Shown piece by piece: positions 51,701-64,000 of a stretch of DNA of 64,000 nt; the first letter of the stretch is position 1; every line of letters starts with the position of its first letter. Origin of the DNA: Eledone cirrhosa (lineage: Eukaryota). The notes under the pieces are model-generated. The model ran no database searches. It was not told the DNA's origin and saw only the letters and a program-made list of their open reading frames with translations. Made by a program: the position numbers and the translations under genes. The stretch is taken from the NCBI GenBank assembly GCA_964016885.1, contig OZ024741.1, forward strand, positions 271,622,001-271,686,000, written 5' to 3'.

Positions 51701-54700
51701 ATATACGTTACATTTCGTAGAAGAAAACTGAACAAGCGACCATCAATAATAGGAGACAAATTCTAGAATAACGGTGAGAAAGAACAGAATTATAGAAAGC
51801 CAATTTTGAATACGATTTTTTGATTCTGGGGGATTGTAAGATATATAGCTGAATGAACCGAATGTGGAGAGTTGAGAAGAAATGGATATGTACGTTACAT
51901 TTCGTAGAAGAAAACTGAACAAGCGACCATCAATAATAGGAGACAAATTCTAGAACAACGGTGATATATAGATGAATGAACCGAATGTGGAGAGTTGAGA
52001 AGAGATGGATATGTACGTTACATTTCGTAGAAGAAAACTGAACAAGCGACCATCAATAATAGGAGACAAATTCTAGAATAACGGTGAGAAAGAACAGAAT
52101 TATAGAAAGCCAATTTTGAATACGATTTTTTGATTCTGGGGGATTGTAAGATATATAGATGAATGAACCGAATGTGGAGAGTTGAGAAGAAATGGATATG
52201 TACGTTACATTTCGTAGAAGAAAACTGAACAAGCGACCATCAATAATAGGAGACAAATTCTAGAACAACGGTGATATATAGATGAATGAACCGAATGTGG
52301 AGAGTTGAGAAGAGATGGATATGTACGTTACATTTCGTAGAAGAAAACTGAACAAGCGACCATCAATAATAGGAGACAAATTCTAGAACAACGGTGAGAA
52401 AGAACAGAATTATAGAAAGCCAATTTTGAATACGATTTTGTTATTCTGGGGGATTGTAAGATATATAGATGAATGAACCGAATGTGGAGAGTTGAGAAGA
52501 AATGGATATGTACGTTACATTTCGTAGAAGAAAACTGAACAAGCGACCATCAATAATAGGAGACAAATTCTAGAACAACGGTGAGAAAGAACAGAATTAT
52601 AGAAAGCCAATTTTGAATACGATTTTTTGATTCTGGGGGATTGTAAGATATATAGATGAATGAACCGAATGTGGAGAGTTGAGAAGAAATGGATATGTAC
52701 GTTACATTTCGTAGAAGAAAACTGAACAAGCGACCATCAATAATAGGAGACAAATTCTAGAACAACGGTGAGAAAGAACAGAATTATAGAAAGCCAATTT
52801 TGAATACGATTTTTTGATTCTGGGGGATTGTAAGATATATAGCTGAATGAACCGAATGTGGAGAGTTGAGAAGAAATGGATATGTACGTTACATTTCGTA
52901 GAAGAAAACTGAACAAGCGACCATCAATAATAGGAGACAAATTCTAGAACAACGGTGAGAAAGAACAGAATTATAGAAAGCCAATTTTGAATACGATTTT
53001 TTGATTCTGGGGGATTGTAAGATATATAGATGAATGAACCGAATGTGGAGAGTTGAGAAGAAATGGATATGTACGTTACATTTCGTAGAAGAAAACTGAA
53101 CAAGCGACCATCAATAATAGGAGACAAATTCTAGAACAACGGTGAGAAAGAACAGAATTATAGAAAGCCAATTTTGAATACGATTTTTTGATTCTGGGGG
53201 ATTGTAAGATATATAGATGAATGAACCGAATGTGGAGAGTTGAGAAGAAATGGATATGTACGTTACATTTCGTAGAAGAAAACTGAACAAGCGACCATCA
53301 ATAATAGGAGACAAATTCTAGAACAACGGTGAGAAAGAACAGAATTATAGAAAGCCAATTTTGAATACGATTTTTTGATTCTGGGGGATTGTAAGATATA
53401 TAGATGAATGAACCGAATGTGGAGAGTTGAGAAGAAATGGATATGTACGTTACATTTCGTAGAAGAAAACTGAACAAGCGACCATAAATAATAGGAGACA
53501 AATTCTAGAACAACGGTGAGAAAGAACAGAATTATAGAAAGCCAATTTTGAATACGATTTTTTGATTCTGGGGGATTGTAAGATATATAGATGAATGAAC
53601 CGAATGTGGAGAGTTGAGAAGAAATGGATATGTACGTTACATTTCGTAGAAGAAACAAGCGACCATCAATAATAGGAGACAAATTCTAGAACAACGGTGA
53701 GAAAGAACAGAATTATAGAAAGCCAATTTTGAATACGATTTTTTGATTCTGGGGGATTGTAAGATATATAGATGAATGAACCGAATGTGGAGAGTTGAGA
53801 AGAAATGGATATATACGTTACATTTCGTAGAAGAAAACTGAACAAGCGACCATCAATAATAGGAGACAAATTCTAGAACAACGGTGATATATAGATGAAT
53901 GAACCGAATGTGGAGAGTTGAGAAGAAATGGATATGTACGTTACATTTCGTAGAAGAAAACTGAACAAGCTACCATCAATAATAGGAGACAAATTCTAGA
54001 ACAACGGTGATATATAGATGAATGAACCGAATGTGGAGAGTTGAGAAGAAATGGATATGTACGTTACATTTCGTAGAAGAAAACTGAACAAGCGACCATC
54101 AATAATAGGAGACAAATTCTAGAACAACGGTGATATATAGATGAATGAACCGAATGTGGAGAGTTGAGAAGAAATGGATATGTACGTTACATTTCGTAGA
54201 AGAAAACTGAACAAGCGACCATCAATAATAGGAGACAAATTCTAGAACAACGGTGAGAAAGAACAGAATTATAGAAAGCCAATTTTGAATACGATTTTTT
54301 GATTCTGGGGGATTGTAAGATATATAGATGAATGAACCGAATGTGGAGAGTTGAGAAGAAATGGATATGTACGTTACATTTCGTAGAAGAAAACTGAACA
54401 AGCGACCATCAATAATAGGAGACAAATTCTAGAACAACGGTGAGAAAGAACAGAATTATAGAAAGCCAATTTTGAATACGATTTTTTTATTCTGGGGGAT
54501 TGTAAGATATATAGATGAATGAACCGAATGTGGAGAGTTGAGAAGAAATGGATATGTACGTTACATTTCGTAGAAGAAAACTGAACAAGCGACCATCAAT
54601 AATAGGAGACAAATTCTAGAACAACGGTGATATATAGATGAATGAACCGAATGTGGAGAGTTGAGAAGAGATGGATATGTACGTTACATTTCGTAGAAGA

Positions 54701-57700
54701 AAACTGAACAAGCGACCATCAATAATAGGAGACAAATTCTAGAATAACGGTGAGAAAGAACAGAATTATAGAAAGCCAATTTTGAATACGATTTTTTGAT
54801 TCTGGGGGATTGTAAGATATATAGATGAATGAACCGAATGTGGAGAGTTGAGAAGAAATGGATATGTACGTTACATTTCGTAGAAGAAAACTGAACAAGC
54901 GACCATCAATAATAGGAGACAAATTCTAGAACAACGGTGATATATAGATGAATGAACCGAATGTGGAGAGTTGAGAAGAGATGGATATGTACGTTACATT
55001 TCGTAGAAGAAAACTGAACAAGCGACCATCAATAATAGGAGACAAATTCTAGAACAACGGTGAGAAAGAACAGAATTATAGAAAGCCAATTTTGAATACG
55101 ATTTTTTTATTCTGGGGGATTGTAAGATATATAGATGAATGAACCGAATGTGGAGAGTTGAGAAGAAATGGATATGTACGTTACATTTCGTAGAAGAAAA
55201 CTGAACAAGCGACCATCAATAATAGGAGACAAATTCTAGAACAACGGTGAGAAAGAACAGAATTATAGAAAGCCAATTTTGAATACGATTTTTTGATTCT
55301 GGGGGATTGTAAGATATATAGATGAATGAACCGAATGTGGAGAGTTGAGAAGAAATGGATATGTACGTTACATTTCGTAGAAGAAAACTGAACAAGCGAC
55401 CATCAATAATAGGAGACAAATTCTAGAACAACGGTGAGAAAGAACAGAATTATAGAAAGCCAATTTTGAATACGATTTTTTGATTCTGGGGGATTGTAAG
55501 ATATATAGATGAATGAACCGAATGTGGAGAGTTGAGAAGAAATGGATATGTACGTTACATTTCGTAGAAGAAAACTGAACAAGCGACCATCAATAATAGG
55601 AGACAAATTCTGGGTTTAGTCCCCTGTAGCATGGCTTATTTATATTTGGTTGGCAAGGAGTGAGGAGGAGTGTGAGACCAGCGTATATGATAGAGAGAGT
55701 GAGGGGGTGAGAGGCGATTTCAGCAGGCCAAGAGAGAGAGAGGGCAATCCCTAATTTAACCTGGCATAATTTCTTTTTTCGGCCAAAATGGTTGCAGGAA
55801 TATTATTTAGAATTGTAGAAAGACAAACAATTATGAACATGATTTTTTTTTTATCCTGTGGGATTGTAAGATATATAGATGCGAGGAGCAGAATTATTTT
55901 TAGAACAACGGTGAGAAAGAACAGAATTATAGAAAGCCAATTTTGAATACGATTTTTTGATTCTGGGGGATTGTAAGATATATAGATGCGAGGAGCAGAA
56001 TTATTTTTAGAACAACAGTGAGAAAGAACAGAATTATAGAAAGCCAATTTTGAATACGACTTTTTGATTCTGGGGGATTGTAAGATATATAGATGAATGA
56101 ACCGAATGTGGAGAGTTGAGAAGAAATGGATATATACGTTACATTTCGTAGAAGAAAACTGAACAAGCGACCATCAATAATAGGAGACAAATTCTAGAAT
56201 AACGGTGAGAAAGAACAGAATTATAGAAAGCCAATTTTGAATACGATTTTTTTATTCTGGGGGATTGTAAGATATATAGATGAATGAACCGAATGTGGAG
56301 AGTTGAGAAGAAATGGATATGTACGTTACATTTCGTAGAAGAAAACTGAACAAGCGACCATCAATAATAGGAGACAAATTCTAGAACAACGGTGAGAAAG
56401 AACAGAATTATAGAAAGCCAATTTTGAATACGATTTTTTGATTCTGGGGGATTGTAAGATATATAGATGAATGAACCGAATGTGGAGAGTTGAGAAGAAA
56501 TGGATATGTACGTTACATTTCGTAGAAGAAAACTGAACAAGCGACCATCAATAATAGGAGACAAATTCTAGAACAACGGTGAGAAAGAACAGAATTATAG
56601 AAAGCCAATTTTGAATACGATTTTTTGATTCTGGGGGATTGTAAGATATATAGATGAATGAACCGAATGTGGAGAGTTGAGAAGAAATGGATATGTACGT
56701 TACATTTCGTAGAAGAAAACTGAACAAGCGACCATCAATAATAGGAGACAAATTCTAGAACAACGGTGAGAAAGAACAGAATTATAGAAAGCCAATTTTG
56801 AATACGATTTTTTGATTCTGGGGGATTGTAAGATATATAGATGAATGAACCGAATGTGGAGAGTTGAGAAGAAATGGATATGTACGTTACATTTCGTAGA
56901 AGAAAACTGAACAAGCGACCATCAATAATAGGAGACAAATTCTAGAACAACGGTGAGAAAGAACAGAATTATAGAAAGCCAATTTTGAATACGATTTTTT
57001 TATTCTGGGGGATTGTAAGATATATAGATGAATGAACCGAATGTGGAGAGTTGAGAAGAAATGGATATGTACGTTACATTTCGTAGAAGAAAACTGAACA
57101 AGCGACCATCAATAATAGGAGACAAATTCTAGAACAACGGTGATATATAGATGAATGAACCGAATGTGGAGAGTTGAGAAGAGATGGATATGTACGTTAC
57201 ATTTCGTAGAAGAAAACTGAACAAGCGACCATCAATAATAGGAGACAAATTCTAGAATAACGGTGAGAAAGAACAGAATTATAGAAAGCCAATTTTGAAT
57301 ACGATTTTTTGATTCTGGGGGATTGTAAGATATATAGATGAATGAACCGAATGTGGAGAGTTGAGAAGAAATGGATATGTACGTTACATTTCGTAGAAGA
57401 AAACTGAACAAGCGACCATCAATAATAGGAGACAAATTCTAGAACAACGGTGATATATAGATGAATGAACCGAATGTGGAGAGTTGAGAAGAGATGGATA
57501 TGTACGTTACATTTCGTAGAAGAAAACTGAACAAGCGACCATCAATAATAGGAGACAAATTCTAGAACAACGGTGAGAAAGAACAGAATTATAGAAAGCC
57601 AATTTTGAATACGATTTTTTTATTCTGGGGGATTGTAAGATATATAGATGAATGAACCGAATGTGGAGAGTTGAGAAGAAATGGATATGTACGTTACATT

Positions 57701-60700
57701 TCGTAGAAGAAAACTGAACAAGCGACCATCAATAATAGGAGACAAATTCTAGAACAACGGTGAGAAAGAACAGAATTATAGAAAGCCAATTTTGAATACG
57801 ATTTTTTGATTCTGGGGGATTGTAAGATATATAGATGAATGAACCGAATGTGGAGAGTTGAGAAGAAATGGATATGTACGTTACATTTCGTAGAAGAAAA
57901 CTGAACAAGCGACCATCAATAATAGGAGACAAATTCTAGAACAACGGTGAGAAAGAACAGAATTATAGAAAGCCAATTTTGAATACGATTTTTTGATTCT
58001 GGGGGATTGTAAGATATATAGATGAATGAACCGAATGTGGAGAGTTGAGAAGAAATGGATATGTACGTTACATTTCGTAGAAGAAAACTGAACAAGCGAC
58101 CATCAATAATAGGAGACAAATTCTGGGTTTAGTCCCCTGTAGCATGGCTTATTTATATTTGGTTGGCAAGGAGTGAGGAGGAGTGTGAGACCAGCGTATA
58201 TGATAGAGAGAGTGAGGGGGTGAGAGGCGATTTCAGCAGGCCAAGAGAGAGAGAGGGCAATCCCTAATTTAACCTGGCATAATTTCTTTTTTCGGCCAAA
58301 ATGGTTGCAGGAATATTATTTAGAATTGTAGAAAGACAAACAATTATGAACATGATTTTTTTTTTATCCTGTGGGATTGTAAGATATATAGATGCGAGGA
58401 GCAGAATTATTTTTAGAACAACGGTGAGAAAGAACAGAATTATAGAAAGCCAATTTTGAATACGATTTTTTGATTCTGGGGGATTGTAAGATATATAGAT
58501 GCGAGGAGCAGAATTATTTTTAGAACAACAGTGAGAAAGAACAGAATTATAGAAAGCCAATTTTGAATACGACTTTTTGATTCTGGGGGATTGTAAGATA
58601 TATAGATGAATGAACCGAATGTGGAGAGTTGAGAAGAAATGGATATATACGTTACATTTCGTAGAAGAAAACTGAACAAGCGACCATCAATAATAGGAGA
58701 CAAATTCTAGAATAACGGTGAGAAAGAACAGAATTATAGAAAGCCAATTTTGAATACGATTTTTTTATTCTGGGGGATTGTAAGATATATAGATGAATGA
58801 ACCGAATGTGGAGAGTTGAGAAGAAATGGATATGTACGTTACATTTCGTAGAAGAAAACTGAACAAGCGACCATCAATAATAGGAGACAAATTCTAGAAC
58901 AACGGTGAGAAAGAACAGAATTATAGAAAGCCAATTTTGAATACGATTTTTTGATTCTGGGGGATTGTAAGATATATAGATGAATGAACCGAATGTGGAG
59001 AGTTGAGAAGAAATGGATATGTACGTTACATTTCGTAGAAGAAAACTGAACAAGCGACCATCAATAATAGGAGACAAATTCTAGAATAACGGTGAGAAAG
59101 AACAGAATTATAGAAAGCCAATTTTGAATACGATTTTTTTATTCTGGGGGATTATAAGATATATAGATGAATGAACCGAATGTGGAGAGTTGAGAAGAAA
59201 TGGATATGTACGTTACATTTCGTAGAAGAAAACTGAACAAGCGACCATCAATAATAGGAGACAAATTCTAGAACAACGGTGAGAAAGAACAGAATTATAG
59301 AAAGCCAATTTTGAATACGATTTTTTGATTCTGGGGGATTGTAAGATATATAGATGAATGAACCGAATGTGGAGAGTTGAGAAGAAATGGATATGTACGT
59401 TACATTTCGTAGAAGAAAACTGAACAAGCGACCATCAATAATAGGAGACAAATTCTAGAATAACGGTGAGAAAGAACAGAATTATAGAAAGCCAATTTTG
59501 AATACGATTTTTTTATTCTGGGGGATTATAAGATATATAGATGAATGAACCGAATGTGGAGAGTTGAGAAGAAATGGATATGTACGTTACATTTCGTAGA
59601 AGAAAACTGAACAAGCGACCATCAATAATAGGAGACAAATTCTAGAACAACGGTGAGAAAGAACAGAATTATAGAAAGCCAATTTTGAATACGATTTTTT
59701 GATTCTGGGGGATTGTAAGATATATAGATGAATGAACCGAATGTGGAGAGTTGAGAAGAAATGGATATGTACGTTACATTTCGTAGAAGAAAACTGAACA
59801 AGCGACCATCAATAATAGGAGACAAATTCTAGAACAACGGTGAGAAAGAACAGAATTATAGAAAGCCAATTTTGAATACGATTTTTTGATTCTGGGGGAT
59901 TGTAAGATATATAGATGAATGAACCGAATGTGGAGAGTTGAGAAGAAATGGATATGTACGTTACATTTCGTAGAAGAAAACTGAACAAGCGACCATCAAT
60001 AATAGGAGACAAATTCTAGAATAACGGTGAGAAAGAACAGAATTATAGAAAGCCAATTTTGAATACGATTTTTTGATTCTGGGGGATTGTAAGATATATA
60101 GATGACTGAACCGAATGTGGAGAGTTGAGAAGAAATGGATATGTACGTTACATTTCGTAGAAGAAAACTGAACAAGCGACCATCAATAATAGGAGACAAA
60201 TTCTGGGTTTAGTCCCCTGTAGCATGGCTTATTTATATTTGGTTGGCAAGGAGTGAGGAGGAGTGTGAGACCAGCGTATATGATAGAGAGAGTGAGGGGG
60301 TGAGAGGCGATTTCAGCAGGCCAAGAGAGAGAGAGGGCAATCCCTAATTTAACCTGGCATAATTTCTTTTTTCGGCCAAAATGGTTGCAGGAATATTATT
60401 TAGAATTGTAGAAAGACAAACAATTATGAACATGATTTTTTTTTTATCCTGTGGGATTGTAAGATATATAGATGCGAGGAGCAGAATTATTTTTAGAACA
60501 ACGGTGAGAAAGAACAGAATTATAGAAAGCCAATTTTGAATACGATTTTTTGATTCTGGGGGATTGTAAGATATATAGATGCGAGGAGCAGAATTATTTT
60601 TAGAACAACAGTGAGAAAGAACAGAATTATAGAAAGCCAATTTTGAATACGACTTTTTGATTCTGGGGGATTGTAAGATATATAGATGAATGAACCGAAT

Positions 60701-63700
60701 GTGGAGAGTTGAGAAGAAATGGATATATACGTTACATTTCGTAGAAGAAAACTGAACAAGCGACCATCAATAATAGGAGACAAATTCTAGAATAACGGTG
60801 AGAAAGAACAGAATTATAGAAAGCCAATTTTGAATACGATTTTTTGATTCTGGGGGATTGTAAGATATATAGCTGAATGAACCGAATGTGGAGAGTTGAG
60901 AAGAAATGGATATGTACGTTACATTTCGTAGAAGAAAACTGAACAAGCGACCATCAATAATAGGAGACAAATTCTAGAACAACGGTGATATATAGATGAA
61001 TGAACCGAATGTGGAGAGTTGAGAAGAGATGGATATGTACGTTACATTTCGTAGAAGAAAACTGAACAAGCGACCATCAATAATAGGAGACAAATTCTAG
61101 AATAACGGTGAGAAAGAACAGAATTATAGAAAGCCAATTTTGAATACGATTTTTTGATTCTGGGGGATTGTAAGATATATAGATGAATGAACCGAATGTG
61201 GAGAGTTGAGAAGAAATGGATATGTACGTTACATTTCGTAGAAGAAAACTGAACAAGCGACCATCAATAATAGGAGACAAATTCTAGAACAACGGTGATA
61301 TATAGATGAATGAACCGAATGTGGAGAGTTGAGAAGAGATGGATATGTACGTTACATTTCGTAGAAGAAAACTGAACAAGCGACCATCAATAATAGGAGA
61401 CAAATTCTAGAACAACGGTGAGAAAGAACAGAATTATAGAAAGCCAATTTTGAATACGATTTTTTTATTCTGGGGGATTGTAAGATATATAGATGAATGA
61501 ACCGAATGTGGAGAGTTGAGAAGAAATGGATATGTACGTTACATTTCGTAGAAGAAAACTGAACAAGCGACCATCAATAATAGGAGACAAATTCTAGAAC
61601 AACGGTGAGAAAGAACAGAATTATAGAAAGCCAATTTTGAATACGATTTTTTGATTCTGGGGGATTGTAAGATATATAGATGAATGAACCGAATGTGGAG
61701 AGTTGAGAAGAAATGGATATGTACGTTACATTTCGTAGAAGAAAACTGAACAAGCGACCATCAATAATAGGAGACAAATTCTAGAACAACGGTGAGAAAG
61801 AACAGAATTATAGAAAGCCAATTTTGAATACGATTTTTTGATTCTGGGGGATTGTAAGATATATAGCTGAATGAACCGAATGTGGAGAGTTGAGAAGAAA
61901 TGGATATGTACGTTACATTTCGTAGAAGAAAACTGAACAAGCGACCATCAATAATAGGAGACAAATTCTAGAACAACGGTGAGAAAGAACAGAATTATAG
62001 AAAGCCAATTTTGAATACGATTTTTTGATTCTGGGGGATTGTAAGATATATAGATGAATGAACCGAATGTGGAGAGTTGAGAAGAAATGGATATGTACGT
62101 TACATTTCGTAGAAGAAAACTGAACAAGCGACCATCAATAATAGGAGACAAATTCTAGAACAACGGTGAGAAAGAACAGAATTATAGAAAGCCAATTTTG
62201 AATACGATTTTTTGATTCTGGGGGATTGTAAGATATATAGATGAATGAACCGAATGTGGAGAGTTGAGAAGAAATGGATATGTACGTTACATTTCGTAGA
62301 AGAAAACTGAACAAGCGACCATCAATAATAGGAGACAAATTCTAGAACAACGGTGAGAAAGAACAGAATTATAGAAAGCCAATTTTGAATACGATTTTTT
62401 GATTCTGGGGGATTGTAAGATATATAGATGAATGAACCGAATGTGGAGAGTTGAGAAGAAATGGATATGTACGTTACATTTCGTAGAAGAAAACTGAACA
62501 AGCGACCATCAATAATAGGAGACAAATTCTAGAACAACGGTGAGAAAGAACAGAATTATAGAAAGCCAATTTTGAATACGATTTTTTGATTCTGGGGGAT
62601 TGTAAGATATATAGATGAATGAACCGAATGTGGAGAGTTGAGAAGAAATGGATATGTACGTTACATTTCGTAGAAGAAACAAGCGACCATCAATAATAGG
62701 AGACAAATTCTAGAACAACGGTGAGAAAGAACAGAATTATAGAAAGCCAATTTTGAATACGATTTTTTGATTCTGGGGGATTGTAAGATATATAGATGAA
62801 TGAACCGAATGTGGAGAGTTGAGAAGAAATGGATATATACGTTACATTTCGTAGAAGAAAACTGAACAAGCGACCATCAATAATAGGAGACAAATTCTAG
62901 AACAACGGTGATATATAGATGAATGAACCGAATGTGGAGAGTTGAGAAGAAATGGATATGTACGTTACATTTCGTAGAAGAAAACTGAACAAGCTACCAT
63001 CAATAATAGGAGACAAATTCTAGAACAACGGTGATATATAGATGAATGAACCGAATGTGGAGAGTTGAGAAGAAATGGATATGTACGTTACATTTCGTAG
63101 AAGAAAACTGAACAAGCGACCATCAATAATAGGAGACAAATTCTAGAACAACGGTGATATATAGATGAATGAACCGAATGTGGAGAGTTGAGAAGAAATG
63201 GATATGTACGTTACATTTCGTAGAAGAAAACTGAACAAGCGACCATCAATAATAGGAGACAAATTCTAGAACAACGGTGAGAAAGAACAGAATTATAGAA
63301 AGCCAATTTTGAATACGATTTTTTGATTCTGGGGGATTGTAAGATATATAGATGAATGAACCGAATGTGGAGAGTTGAGAAGAAATGGATATGTACGTTA
63401 CATTTCGTAGAAGAAAACTGAACAAGCGACCATCAATAATAGGAGACAAATTCTAGAACAACGGTGAGAAAGAACAGAATTATAGAAAGCCAATTTTGAA
63501 TACGATTTTTTTATTCTGGGGGATTGTAAGATATATAGATGAATGAACCGAATGTGGAGAGTTGAGAAGAAATGGATATGTACGTTACATTTCGTAGAAG
63601 AAAACTGAACAAGCGACCATCAATAATAGGAGACAAATTCTAGAACAACGGTGAGAAAGAACAGAATTATAGAAAGCCAATTTTGAATACGATTTTTTGA

Positions 63701-64000
63701 TTCTGGGGGATTGTAAGATATATAGATGAATGAACCGAATGTGGAGAGTTGAGAAGAAATGGATATGTACGTTACATTTCGTAGAAGAAAACTGAACAAG
63801 CGACCATCAATAATAGGAGACAAATTCTAGAACAACGGTGAGAAAGAACAGAATTATAGAAAGCCAATTTTGAATACGATTTTTTGATTCTGGGGGATTG
63901 TAAGATATATAGATGAATGAACCGAATGTGGAGAGTTGAGAAGAAATGGATATGTACGTTACATTTCGTAGAAGAAAACTGAACAAGCGACCATCAATAA
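24784..64000. repeat. Modular satellite array (187-, 107- and 123-bp monomers plus ~290-bp spacer unit), >39 kb, open at window end
   Basis: ORF-track offsets of 187, 107, 310 (187+123) and 477 (187+290). 21 spacer units begin gggtttagtcccc, from 24993 to 60205. Copies differ by very few substitutions. Confidence 0.98.

Noticed and set aside
24718-63823. More than 150 repeated 65-146 aa ORFs (MSPIIDGRL..., MAFYNSVL...)
   Set aside because: These are translations of satellite monomers with TTG starts. Single-base variants create stops, and there is no recognisable domain or splice structure.
24784-64000. CRISPR-like repeat/spacer array
   Set aside because: The intervening segments are themselves repeated rather than unique, the units are far too long, the context is eukaryotic and no cas genes are present.

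Overview
Eukaryotic, AT-rich animal DNA. The SINE/LINE families and dense (TA)n/(CAT)n tracts suggest a coleoid cephalopod such as octopus, but this is inference. Bases 1-24.8 kb hold the last five recognisable coding exons of a + strand fasciclin (FAS1)-domain gene (TGFBI/periostin-like). I reconstructed the exons with phase-consistent GT-AG introns. The introns are packed with RTE LINE fragments (whose RT carries an inserted PHD-type finger), two SINE families, a piggyBac-like MITE, minisatellites, several long inverted repeats and at least three hammerhead-ribozyme-like motifs; a CR1-like fragment lies downstream of the gene. From about 24784 to the window end (39 kb, still open) runs a highly homogeneous modular satellite. 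It is built from 187-, 107- and 123-bp monomers plus a ~290-bp spacer unit, with nested higher-order repeats and a left-to-right variant gradient. The array is fused directly to the 5' end of an RTE retrotransposon that is 5'-intact and 3'-truncated. The many short repeated ORFs in the array are translation artefacts.
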